Assembly: GCA_963733035.1 (NCBI GenBank)
Contig: CAVTBU010000006.1
Span: forward strand, 448,001 to 512,000
Length of the DNA stretch: 64,000 nucleotides
From: Pirellulales bacterium
GTDB taxonomy: Bacteria > Planctomycetota > Planctomycetia > Pirellulales > PALSA-1355
Direction: 5' to 3'
In this document: positions 18,359 through 28,241 of the stretch, one piece after another
Numbering within the stretch: the first letter of the stretch is position 1
Layout: the number at the start of each line of letters is the position of its first letter
Position numbers and translations under genes: made by a program
The notes under the pieces: model-generated
Seen by the model: the letters and a program-made list of their open reading frames with translations, nothing else
Told to the model about the DNA's origin: nothing
Databases searched by the model: none

Positions 18359-19087
18359 ATGTATCTCAAATATGGAACGTACCAGCATCCGCCGGGCGAA
18401 GCGTCGGTGGTGATTTCCAAACAGGGGCTGTTCAGCGACGCGGGCCTGCCGCAGGGCGTCCGCGAGCGATGGGACATACAAGGGCGCTTGCAAGCAGCGG
18501 ATCAAACGGCGCTCTCGGCCGCGATCGATGCCCTCACTTCGGCCTACGCTATACAGGGGCAGGACCTCGGCTTCTACTTCGACGACGGACAGCCCTCGAG
18601 CCATCAGATCACCGGCTCTTCGACCAACGGCGGAGTGCGTGTTGTCATGCCGCCGAGCTTTCCGCAAGGGAAGGGAGCCGAGTACTCGACTTTTCGCAAC
18701 TACGCGATCTCGCTGGAAGCCGAACTGCTGGACAGCGGTGCCACGCTCATCCAGTGGAACGAGCGGCTCAACTTCTCGGGAGGCGGCCCCCAGTTTGCCT
18801 TCCTGCAACCGATTAACGGGTTGCCAATCAAACAATTGCTCCGGCAGGCCACTCCGTATCACGCTGCGCAAAGCGGCGAAGCCGTCGGCTATCAGGCCTA
18901 TCCCACACCAGCGCTGCCACTGTGGCCCGACGCCGAACACGTGAACCAACGCGAGGTTCACTACGAGCTTCCCAAACGTATGGGACCACCCGGTAGCGCC
19001 ACCTACACACACTATCGGGTCACCTGGGCCTATCGCTTCGAGTCGGCCACGCCGCTGGTCGGAGCGCCGACCGGCTGGCCGTCGTGA
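18359..19087 (+). CDS. Hypothetical tail/baseplate-region protein
   Basis: Intact 242-aa beta-rich ORF in the operon after the tail tube gene. Confidence 0.65.
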   Translation: MYLKYGTYQHPPGEASVVISKQGLFSDAGLPQGVRERWDIQGRLQAADQTALSAAIDALTSAYAIQGQDLGFYFDDGQPSSHQITGSSTNGGVRVVMPPSFPQGKGAEYSTFRNYAISLEAELLDSGATLIQWNERLNFSGGGPQFAFLQPINGLPIKQLLRQATPYHAAQSGEAVGYQAYPTPALPLWPDAEHVNQREVHYELPKRMGPPGSATYTHYRVTWAYRFESATPLVGAPTGWPS

Positions 19088-19126
19088 TGACTAACACATC
19101 AACTTCATAGGTAATTCAACCGACAC

Positions 19127-20959
19127 ATGACCGTACCGCAAGGATTGGCTGCATTTCCGGGCATCGATCAACTGATCTCGGCATCAATTACGCTGAGCCA
19201 CGGCATCTCACCCAGCACTGCCAGACTAACGATGGCCCCGCAGGCCACGCCGCCCGCCGAGCTCGGCACGCTGCAATTTGTGTTGGGAACAGCGGTCGTC
19301 GAATTCCCGGAATGCAAAGTCGATCACGGCAGCTACCAGCGGAGCGACAGCGGCGAGTTCTGGCAAGTGTCGCTGCTCGACCGCCGCTGGAAATGGCGGT
19401 TTGGCCAAGTCTCAGGTCGATTCAACGTGTGGCGAGACAACGCCACACTTCAGAACGGCGATCCAGCCGGCTCATAGGTTCCGGCTTGGTGACCGACACC
19501 GAGCGCACACCGCAGGAATTGGCGGAGTTATATCTCAATGCCATGGGCGAAGTGGACTACGACATTTCCGAGTTGCCCGACGATACTCGACCCCCGGTCG
19601 ATCACGACTATGACAATCCGGCTGAGGCCCTGGCCGCATTGTGCGAAAGCCTGGGTTGCCGGATCGTGCTGCAACTCGACAACACGGTCAAACTAGTTCG
19701 CAGTGGCGCGGGAGCCGGCCTGCCTGCCGAATTCCTTTTGGAAGACAGCCTGACCATCGACCTGCCGGAAAAGCCGGACAAGATTGCAGTCGTCTGCGGG
19801 CCCAGCTTGTATCAGGTGGATTTTCCGCTGGAAGCAGTGGGACTCGACCGCGACACGACGTCCGGGGGCGACCCGACCGATACGATCAAGCCGATCGACG
19901 AGTTGAGCTACAAGCCGTCGGGCGGTTGGGGACAGATCGACTTGCCCTTGTTTGCTGATCTGTCGGCCGCCGACGACGAGGAGGATGTAAGCGGCTTGCG
20001 ACTCCCTGGCCACCAAGAGCGTCTTTCGCTACTACCGTATCAAACTTCCGATCAAGGTGCCCGGCTACGACGGTGATTCCGACGGATTGGTGACGAAACG
20101 CGAACAGCTCCTGCCGCTCTTCGAAGAGCAGGTTGTTTCGGCGGTCGAAAACGACGACAGCGTGCCGCTGCCCGCGGCCGTGTTCGGAGTGTGGTATCCA
20201 GGCCTCGACGATCAAACGAATACCGCCGAGCAACTTGCGCCGCTCGGAAATTCACCACCCGCGGCAGGTCCCGGCGGGACGTACAAGTCGCCGTTCTACA
20301 ATCGCGGCTTCACGCTAGACGCTGCCCGCGGTCTTGTGATTTTCAACGAGCCCGTCTACAAGAACGCCACGCCCAATGCGGCCAAAGTTACTCCGGAGCC
20401 TGCGCAGCTGGTGCTACGCACAAAGTGCCAGGTGCGCGACGCCGAGACGCTGACATTGTCACGTCACATTCGCGAGCGATCGACGGACTCGTCGCTCGGC
20501 ACGCAAACACAGTTCATCCGCCGCGATGAATTGACCGTAACCCACGTGCCAACGTATTCGGCCGCGACGTACGCCGAGGTACCAACGGCAGGTGCCGATC
20601 CGCGAGTCGTCGACGACGTGGAATCCACCGTTGACGACGTGAATGCCGCCTGCGACTACTATATCGACGCCGCGCTTGAGGAATATCAGCAGCCCGAACC
20701 GCGACAAGTCCGGACCGCGGGCATTTACCCCATCGATCTCGACGGCGCGATTGCGCAGGTCACCTATCAGATTGGCCCCTCCGGCGCGACGACTACCGTC
20801 GCCCGGGGGAGCGAACCATCGAGTTTCGCGGCCAGTCACGGCGAACGACGGCGCGCCGAGTTGTCTCGCGAGGCCAACAGGGAAGTTCGCAGGCGGCGCT
20901 CCGGCACCACCGGCCGTACCACACGTCGCGAGGCCGCTGCACGGAGGCAGGCACGATGA
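19127..20959 (+). CDS. Large tail/baseplate hub-like protein (frameshifts ~19470 and ~20000)
   Basis: Three consecutive ORFs (19127, 19312, 20057) join; LLDRRWKW and NPAEALAALCESLGCRIVL resemble hub-like segments. Confidence 0.55.
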
Positions 20960-23480
20960 ATCACGACAATCCACACTCGCTCGCCCGGCCGCTGCCGTTT
21001 CGCAACGTCTCGGGCGAAACCGTTCCAGCCTTTGCTGTCATGGCGATCCAGGGCTTGTCGACGGAAAACGGCATGGCCGTTTTGCAGTGCGGCCAGCCCG
21101 ACACGACTTTTCGCCGGCACTACGCGGTAAATGGCATCCAAGACGTGCCGGCGGGCCGACGTGGTAGTTGCTTTCGCGCCGGCGACGTACGCGTAAGCTA
21201 CGGATCGGGCACGCCCGAGCCGGGCGAGGGATGGGGACCCAAGCCCGGCAGTTGGGCATGGCCCAGGGATTTCCGGGTAGCACAATTCAAGGAATTGTCG
21301 ACGCGTCGCACAATATCGCGCGGATCGATTGTGAACCGATCGATCGCGCGTGGTGAAAACGACGGCAACCGTAGCGACCGATTCGAGTACCACGGACTAT
21401 CGCATTCATGCCGGGCCGGCGGGAAGCGAAATCGACGCCGGCTTTACCAACGTTCCCGCGGCCCACAATCGTAGCGGCCAGGTAATCGCCAGCGGCCAAT
21501 GGGCCTACCTTGTGTGGATCAACAATGGCTGGGAGATCCAGCCTATGCGACAGGCCGCGCTGTGTGCGGTGCCACCGTGCGGCGAGGGCATTCCCGCGAG
21601 CGGCGAGCAGCCCGGAGCGAATGTTTGTTGCCTGTTTACGATCGCCGCCGGCACGCTTGTTCCGGTGCTCGATGAGGAAGGGGCTCAGCTCAGGGCAACG
21701 GTGTACAACGTTCGCGAGATGGCAATTCCCCCGCTGGAGCCGCCCAATGAGCGGTATTTGCTGGTGTATGCGGATCCCAGCGGACGTTGGGTGTGCGAAG
21801 TGCCCGACACCAGTTCCGCCCACGAGCGCGTCGACCGCGACGACCAGTACCACAACGACGACCACGCTCGCGCCTTGCGCGGGAACCTGCAAATGGGTCT
21901 GGAATGATACGGATTCGGTGTGGGAGCTCGACGACAACAACTGTGCGACGGGCAGCTGGGTTACGTCGCCAGAACCGACCACGACCACGCCCGCTCCCGA
22001 CTGTCTTTGCCCCACGACAACGACGACCAGCACGACCGGCGATCCGAGCACCACGACGACGACCAGCACGACGACCACGACGCCATCGCCGTGCGATTGC
22101 GTGTATCCCGGCTACTGCGGCAGCACGGCCGGCGAGTGCACGTACACCTCCTGCGCTTCGGGCAACCAGAGCCCCTCAGTCGAGTGCACGACGACCACGA
22201 CCACCACGACGACCAGCTGCGACTGCAACACCACGACCACGGCGGATCCTGGGCCAGGCTGTAGCGATTGCAGCTGGTTCGATCACCCCGTCTATGGTTG
22301 GCAGAAGACGAGCGACGGGTGCCTGGGCGATTGCAGTTGCTCGCCGCCCGGCGGCGGCAGCGGCGATTGCAGCGCTGCGAGCACGCCTTGCGTCCCCGAT
22401 CCCATCATACCGCTGCCGCCGTGCGTGGGGTCGTGCGAGTGGCTGTGTATCCCCGAGCAGGGCTGGTGGCTCCGCAGCAACGGCTGTCCCGGTTCGTCGT
22501 CGACGGGCCCTTGCTTTTGCATTCCGCCCAGCGTTCCCTGCGACGTGTGCGGAGCGCCGCTCTCCACGGGGTGTCAGAGTCCGACCACGACCACACAGCC
22601 GCCGGGCAGTTGTCCGCAGTGCTATTCGACCACGACCAGTACCACCACGACGACGACCGCGGATCCCTGCGGCACGGGCTGCTTGTGGGACGGCAGCACG
22701 AGTGGCGACTGGACACTGTCGGCGAACCATTGCAGCCCGGGATGCGACTGCCTGCCTCCCTCATATGATGCCACCGACGATTGCGAGACGGCTCACACCC
22801 AGTGCTATCCGGGCCTGACCACGACGACGACCACCACAACCACCACGACCACGACGAGCACCACCACGACAACCGCGGAGCCCTGGTGGTGCGTGACCGC
22901 CGGCGGATGCGACGAGGCGAGCTGCCTGCAGGGGCAGGAATCGGACTTCTCCAGCATCACGATCTGTAGCGGTCCGCATGCCGACGAGGCGACGTGCATC
23001 GCCGATCCCTGCCCGCAGCCCACCACGACGACCACGACGACGACTTCCACTACCACGACGCCTGCTCCCTACTGGTGTTGTGACGATGGGCTGGGCGGCG
23101 TATGCGTTCAAGAATCCGGCGGGCCATGCAGCGGCTACAGCGGGACGCTCAGCGGGCCTTACGCGGATTCCACAGCCTGCGCCGCGGCCTGTGACACCAC
23201 CACAACGAGCACAACCACCACGACCACCTGCGATCCGCTTAACGATTGCACCGCCGGTCCCAGCCAGTGCGCGGTCGCCTGTAACAACTTCGTCTACGAG
23301 GTGACCGATCTGTGCATCGCCAACGGCAATGGCTGCGTGTGCGATTTGCCGCCGGACGCGATCGCCGTCCTGGGACAACCGTGCACGGAGGCTTATGGAA
23401 TTTACTCATGCTGCAATCAGTGCCCGGGCGCAAGCGTCTCGGTTTGCACGAATACCACCACCACGACTCCCGCCCCCTGA
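20956..23480 (+). CDS. Putative fibre/appendage protein with N-terminal anchor and Cys-rich modules separated by poly-Thr tracts (frameshifts ~21255, ~21345, ~21815)
   Basis: ORFs 20956, 21168, 21350 and 21510 join into ~840 aa; the C-terminal part alternates CxxxCxW/CxCxxP modules with Thr runs. Confidence 0.62.
21840..23470 (+). repeat. Coding low-complexity poly-Thr tracts (mixed ACC/ACG/ACA codons)
   Basis: For example 22818-22874 encodes T13-S-T5; further tracts near 22015-22085, 22190, 22630, 23020, 23200 and 23455. Confidence 0.9.
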
Positions 23481-23495
23481 CAAGGAGAAAAGTGT

Positions 23496-25457
23496 ATGAC
23501 GTATCCGGCAAAAACAGCACCGGCGTCCCCGCCGAAAACAGCACCGACGCCGAAGCTAACCATCGGCCTGCCGACGTACGACGATTTCGACGGCTGCTGG
23601 TTCACCCTGCAAAGCCTGCGACTGCATCACGACATGCGCGAGGTCGAATTGCTGCTGGTCGACAACAAGCCCGACTCGCCCGGCTCGGCCGATCTGAAGC
23701 AAAAGGTCGAGGGCTGGTTCCGCCCCGGGACCGCCGGCACGCGGTACATTGCCATGCCGGGCGATGGCGGACCGGCCTTGGCGAAGGACCGCGTGTTTCG
23801 CGAGGCGGCCGGCGAGATTGTGCTCTGTCTCGACTCGCACGTGCTGCTGGCTCCCGGCGCGATCACGAAGCTGCTCCAGTGGTACGACGATCACCCGGGT
23901 AGCCACGATCTGGTGCAAGGCCCGCTCTTGCTCGATCACCTGGCCGGCGTGCACACGCATTTCATCGACACCTGGCGCGGCGAAATGTGGGGCATCTGGG
24001 GCTCGGCCTGGGAAGTCTGTCCGGGAGGCGACCGGGTGAGCGTCGTCGAGGCTGGCGGGCGCGTGCAGTATTTGGCGCTGGACATGGGGAACGTGCCACT
24101 CTCCTCCAGCGCGGTTTGCCAGCGCGAACTGCCCGCCGTGGCTTGGGCCGGTCATGAACAACATCTGCTGGCTGCCGGCCTGCGGCCGCTGGGGCTGGCC
24201 GACAACGACGAATTTGAGATCCCCGGCATGGGCTGCGGCTTGATCAGTTGCCGGCGGCAGGCCTGGCCCGGTTTCAACGAGCACTTCCGTGGCTTCGGCG
24301 GTGAGGAGATGTACCTGCATGAGAAGTTCCGGCAGCGCGGCGACCGCTGCCTCTGCCTGGGGTTCCTCAAATGGGTGCACAAGTTCGCGCGGCCTGGCGG
24401 CGTCAAGTATCCGCTCACGCGCTGGAACAAGGTCCGCAACTATGTGCTGGGACATCAGGAATTGGGCCTGCCGCTCGAGCGCGCGCACGAGCATTTCGTG
24501 GGTGGCAAATTAATGAGCGAGCGGCAGTGGGAGTATTTGCTGGCCGATCCAATCGGCCACACGAGCGAGCCGGCCGCGCAAGCGCCCGGGACCATCGACG
24601 AGCTCTACGAGCAGGTGCAGGCCACGAAGTGGAGTTTGGACCAGCACATGCCGGCGCTTCGGGCGCTCGCCGAGCAATGCGAGCACGTGACCGAGTTTAG
24701 CCACACCCGCGAGTCCTTGGTGGCGCTGGCGGCCGGCAGTCCCGCGGCGATGATCTCGTACAACGTCGATCGACAGGCACCCGCCGCGGCGGCGCTCTGT
24801 CCCTACGTGGAATTGCAAACCGTCGATTCGCCCGAGGTGCCCGCGATCGACGAGACCGACCTGTTGTTCCTCGACACCAAACATACCCGCGCCCGCCTGG
24901 CCGAGGAGCTGGAAAGATTCGCCCTCCAGGTGCGGCGCTACATCGTGCTCCATGACACGGCCCTGCACGGCAGCCGCGGTGAAGACGGGGGCGCGGGCCT
25001 GGTGCCCGCGATTCGCGCCTTCATCGAAGCGCATCCCGCCTGGTTCGTCGCCAGCCACACGCAGACGCAATACGGCCTGACGGTACTGGGCTGCCGGGAG
25101 CAAGACCGGCCGGCCCAGCCGATTCGGCTCTGGCCGCCCGACTTCGGACCCGGTACGGAACTGAAAGCGATGCTGGCCAGTCTGGGCATCGAGCCGGCTC
25201 CCTCCTGCGATTGCAACGGCAAGAGCGTGCAGATGGACGTCTGGGGCGTGGCCGGCTGCCGCGCGAATCGCGAGCAGATCATCACTTGGATGCGCGAGGG
25301 GCAGTCGCGCTGGGGCTGGAAGGACAAACTGGCCGCCGCCGCGGCCGCCGTAAAAAGCGGTCTGGCATTCAAGCTCAATCCGCTCGATCCGTTCCCCAGC
25401 TTGATTGATGAAGCGATCCGCCGGGCGGAGGAGCGCGAAAGGCAGGCGGCCGCATGA
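23496..25457 (+). CDS. GT2 glycosyltransferase fused to class I methyltransferase-like domain and a Cys-containing C-terminal domain
   Basis: LTIGLPTYDD, LLVDN, CLDSH, GFGGEE (GT-A fold); DLLFLDTKH..L..EL..YIVLHDT (Methyltransf_24-like); GPGTELK..SCDC tail. Confidence 0.8.
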   Translation: MTYPAKTAPASPPKTAPTPKLTIGLPTYDDFDGCWFTLQSLRLHHDMREVELLLVDNKPDSPGSADLKQKVEGWFRPGTAGTRYIAMPGDGGPALAKDRVFREAAGEIVLCLDSHVLLAPGAITKLLQWYDDHPGSHDLVQGPLLLDHLAGVHTHFIDTWRGEMWGIWGSAWEVCPGGDRVSVVEAGGRVQYLALDMGNVPLSSSAVCQRELPAVAWAGHEQHLLAAGLRPLGLADNDEFEIPGMGCGLISCRRQAWPGFNEHFRGFGGEEMYLHEKFRQRGDRCLCLGFLKWVHKFARPGGVKYPLTRWNKVRNYVLGHQELGLPLERAHEHFVGGKLMSERQWEYLLADPIGHTSEPAAQAPGTIDELYEQVQATKWSLDQHMPALRALAEQCEHVTEFSHTRESLVALAAGSPAAMISYNVDRQAPAAAALCPYVELQTVDSPEVPAIDETDLLFLDTKHTRARLAEELERFALQVRRYIVLHDTALHGSRGEDGGAGLVPAIRAFIEAHPAWFVASHTQTQYGLTVLGCREQDRPAQPIRLWPPDFGPGTELKAMLASLGIEPAPSCDCNGKSVQMDVWGVAGCRANREQIITWMREGQSRWGWKDKLAAAAAAVKSGLAFKLNPLDPFPSLIDEAIRRAEERERQAAA

Positions 25458-26338
25458 CGACATACTCGTCGCAAAAAACACTGGTTTCATGTCTCTGCCC
25501 GACGTTCAACCGCTACCCGCGGCTGGCGTGGCTGCTCGAGGAAGCGGTCGAGTGCTTCTTGCGCCAGGACCACGCCGACAAGGAGCTGCTGATCCTGAAC
25601 GACACGCCCGGACAAAAGCTCGTATTGGATCATCCGCAAGTGCGGGTGTTCAACGCCCAGCGGCGGCTGCCGGACTTGTCGGCGAAGATCCAGTACCTCG
25701 TCGATCGGGCCGCCGGCGATGTCTTTTGCCGCTGGGATGACGATGATTTGTCATTCCCTTGGCGGTTGAGCTATTCGCTCGCTAGGCTCGACGATCGCGT
25801 CGAGTGGCGGCCTGAGAATTTCTGGTTCGCCAATGGCGATCAGCCGTGGAAGGAAGATCATCATCCGGGCAATACGCACGTGATGGCCATCTGGCGGCGC
25901 GCGGCGCTCGACTTGATCGGCGGCAAGTACCCGGCTGGGTTTAGCGGCGGCGAGGACATTTCCTTCAACCGGCGGTTGGCCGAGGCCGGGTTGCCGCCGC
26001 GTGGCGACCTGCTGCCGACCGACGAGATGTTCTATGTCTATCGCTGGGGCACCGGTAGCCGGCACCTTTCGGGCGTCAGCGATAGCAGCGCGAGGCCGCA
26101 CCAGGCCCATTGGAACGCCCTGGGACAACTGCCGATCGAGCCCGGTACGTTTCGCATCAAGCCCCGGATGCGCAATGGTGGCGCATGGTACCAAGTGCCA
26201 CTAAGTCCTACGGGCAAATCTTGCTTGGATGCCGCCGCGTCTCGTCCGGCAGCGTCAGATTTCGGTAATGGCAATCTTTTGATAGAGCAAATCGACCACC
26301 CCCATCAGGAATCCTGCTTCGGCACTCTCCAGCAGTAA
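25454..26338 (+). CDS. GT2 glycosyltransferase (3' end uncertain; overlaps the convergent XRE gene)
   Basis: VSCLCPTFNR, FLRQD..KELLILND, WDDDD, GED. Confidence 0.85.
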   Translation: MTTYSSQKTLVSCLCPTFNRYPRLAWLLEEAVECFLRQDHADKELLILNDTPGQKLVLDHPQVRVFNAQRRLPDLSAKIQYLVDRAAGDVFCRWDDDDLSFPWRLSYSLARLDDRVEWRPENFWFANGDQPWKEDHHPGNTHVMAIWRRAALDLIGGKYPAGFSGGEDISFNRRLAEAGLPPRGDLLPTDEMFYVYRWGTGSRHLSGVSDSSARPHQAHWNALGQLPIEPGTFRIKPRMRNGGAWYQVPLSPTGKSCLDAAASRPAASDFGNGNLLIEQIDHPHQESCFGTLQQ

Positions 26339-26749
26339 GGCAACCTTGCGGTGCACGTTTCGTTTCTCATTGATGGCCAAGGCAATTTCGGCAGCACCTT
26401 CGGCGGACAAAGCGCCGCCGGTGCCAAAGTTGCTATAGAGCTCTTCAAAGTCCGCGGCAGACCAGTCGCTGAACAACTCTGGGCGGCGTTCGATCGCCTC
26501 CTTCACGGCTGGGTTCGTGCGGCGGTCGAACAATTGATGTGTCGGCGACAACGGTGGTTGAAACAACTCATCGGTAGATACGCCCAAACCAGCGGCCAAC
26601 CGATGCAGCGTGCGAGCGTGTGGCTTGCCGTTGCCAGCGAGCGCGGCTTTGACCGTGCGATCGTGCAATCCCGAGGCCGCTACGAGCTCACGCAACGTCA
26701 TTCCATTGCGAGCCATCAAGCGACGAACATTGTGGGCAAACGGCAGCAT
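26255..26749 (-). CDS. XRE-family HTH transcriptional regulator
   Basis: NVRRLMARNGMTLRELVAASGL..TV....G..KP...TLHRLAAGLGVSTDELF. Confidence 0.88.
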   Translation of the reverse strand: MLPFAHNVRRLMARNGMTLRELVAASGLHDRTVKAALAGNGKPHARTLHRLAAGLGVSTDELFQPPLSPTHQLFDRRTNPAVKEAIERRPELFSDWSAADFEELYSNFGTGGALSAEGAAEIALAINEKRNVHRKVALLLESAEAGFLMGVVDLLYQKIAITEI

Positions 26750-26783
26750 GGCAGGTTCACTCGCGCGAGTGTTTCCAATCTGC

Positions 26784-26812
26784 TTGACACGATAGTGTAT
26801 ATATGTATACTA
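26784..26812 (+). promoter_or_regulatory. sigma70-like promoter (TTGACA-N16-TATACT) overlapped by a 20-bp imperfect palindrome
   Basis: TTGACA at 26784-26789, TATACT at 26806-26811; TAGTGTATATATGTATACTA at 26793-26812, between divergent genes. Confidence 0.7.
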
Positions 26813-26889
26813 ATCGCCAGTAACACGTCAACAGAAACCAAGTGTTGGATGGAAATGGGTTCCGGTGCGATTCTCAGGGAGACCGTGTC

Positions 26890-27249
26890 ATGAATGGGCT
26901 GGAGTTGCCTGGTGATGCATGCTCGTCGGACGTCGTCGGTGGTTGCGAGGCGATCGGCACATCGCGGCTTTTTCGCCTTTGGATTGCGTCCTACGACAAC
27001 TGGCGACCGGCACGTTGGAATGACACTCCGCCGGCCGCGACGGCAGTCGAGTTGATCGAGGACTCGAACTTTTCCGAGGGGGAAGCACGCTTGTTTCTCG
27101 AAGGATTTAACGCGCAAATGCTAACGTGTAACAAGCAGCTGTGGGCCGTTGCCGTGCCGATTGTGCTGCGCTGTGAAGGCGATTCACGGCCTGGCGAACT
27201 GATTCGAGGCTACGCGTTTGCTGACGCAAAGTCGAACCTGGAAATCTGA
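26890..27249 (+). CDS. Hypothetical protein divergent from the XRE gene
   Basis: ggag RBS before ATG 26890; plausible globular sequence (FLEGFNAQML..WAVAVP). Confidence 0.6.
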   Translation: MNGLELPGDACSSDVVGGCEAIGTSRLFRLWIASYDNWRPARWNDTPPAATAVELIEDSNFSEGEARLFLEGFNAQMLTCNKQLWAVAVPIVLRCEGDSRPGELIRGYAFADAKSNLEI

Positions 27250-27298
27250 AATACGGTCTGGGTGAAACCGTGAATGAAACGGCTATACGAAAAGTGGT

Positions 27299-28117
27299 TC
27301 AAGTCGGCCAGGGGTTCGGCCAATCACCCCACCGTTGTAAATAGCCCTGATAGGCGGGCGAATCTCCCGACCGTTTGATTAGCCACGTTTTCGTTTGGGC
27401 GATCAGCCCTTGTTCTTCGTCGAGTGATATCAATCCGAACAACACGCGTGTCCGCAAGAAGACGAAATATGTGTCGAGGACATCGCAGCGGCAGTAGTCG
27501 TTGATCTCTTGTAACTTTCCCTCGTTGTAGAGGTCCTGGACCATGAACCCTTGGATGTCCATTTTTCCCGGCTTGCCCAACACGTTGGCCGCCAGATTGA
27601 GACCGCCGGTGAAGCGTGTGGAACCGAAGTTGGTCAGAATTTCCTGCAGATCGAGATGAGAGTCGAGATTGTACCGATTGCGAAATTGCTCAAAGCTCTT
27701 GGCCATCACATTAAACCAACCGGGAACGCTGATCCCGTAGCGAAACGCCGCCAACTCCATCAGCGGCACATCGAACGTGCGACCGTTGAAACTGACCAGC
27801 GTGGGGCGGCGATACTTGTCCCAGCCGCGCCAAAAGTGTTCCGTGATCACGTGCGGACGGAACTTCGGTTCGTCGAGCACCGAGATATCGATCAGCCGAT
27901 AGTCGGCCGCGATCTTGGCAACGGCCACCGATACGGGCAAGTGGAACGTGTATGGGATGAAATCGTTTTCATACTTTTCCATCAGTTCCGCGCGATAGCG
28001 AGCGACGGCCTCGGCGGGCTCGAGTCCTTCGCCGGGATAGCGAATACGGGAAACCAATTGTCCGTCAGCGACACTTTCGGTATCGAATGCCAGATAAACG
28101 ACAGCCGGATCGGCCAT
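27299..28117 (-). CDS. Predicted 3'-5' exonuclease (PolB-exo-like, DEDDy)
   Basis: FDTES (Exo I), SFNGRTFDVP (Exo II), YCRCDV (Exo III). Confidence 0.88.
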   Translation of the reverse strand: MADPAVVYLAFDTESVADGQLVSRIRYPGEGLEPAEAVARYRAELMEKYENDFIPYTFHLPVSVAVAKIAADYRLIDISVLDEPKFRPHVITEHFWRGWDKYRRPTLVSFNGRTFDVPLMELAAFRYGISVPGWFNVMAKSFEQFRNRYNLDSHLDLQEILTNFGSTRFTGGLNLAANVLGKPGKMDIQGFMVQDLYNEGKLQEINDYCRCDVLDTYFVFLRTRVLFGLISLDEEQGLIAQTKTWLIKRSGDSPAYQGYLQRWGDWPNPWPT

Positions 28118-28241
28118 GATCCATTCCTCGCACGGGTTCGTAAACGTTTATTTCAACCTAACAGAAGCGCCTGCCTGGCGTGAAGGGTGCGCAGCCAGAT
28201 ATAACGGCGGTCCATTGGTGCCCTTCGAGGATCGTTGTACG

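Larger units (their letters stand above)
3339..27249 (+). mobile_element. Phage-derived head/tail gene cluster without visible integrase or replication genes (GTA-like or defective prophage)
   Basis: Colinear TerS-TerL-portal-protease-decoration-MCP-neck-tail tube genes on one strand; housekeeping-type genes on both sides; no att repeats recognised. Boundaries approximate. Confidence 0.8.

Noticed and set aside
16081..20959. Contractile injection system or tailocin
   Set aside because: No sheath or baseplate-wedge genes recognised, and a full DNA-packaging head module is present.
7071..21850. Programmed ribosomal frameshifting as the cause of the split genes
   Set aside because: Too many sites, inside essential domains, and without slippery heptamers at the junctions I examined.
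21840..23470. ACC/ACG-rich repeats as a CRISPR array or slippage microsatellite
   Set aside because: No constant repeat-spacer units; the tracts are in-frame Thr codons with mixed third positions.
3313..27299. Integrase, att sites or tRNA integration target for the phage-like cluster
   Set aside because: No recombinase motifs, no tRNA and no flanking direct repeat seen by eye; a short att could be missed.
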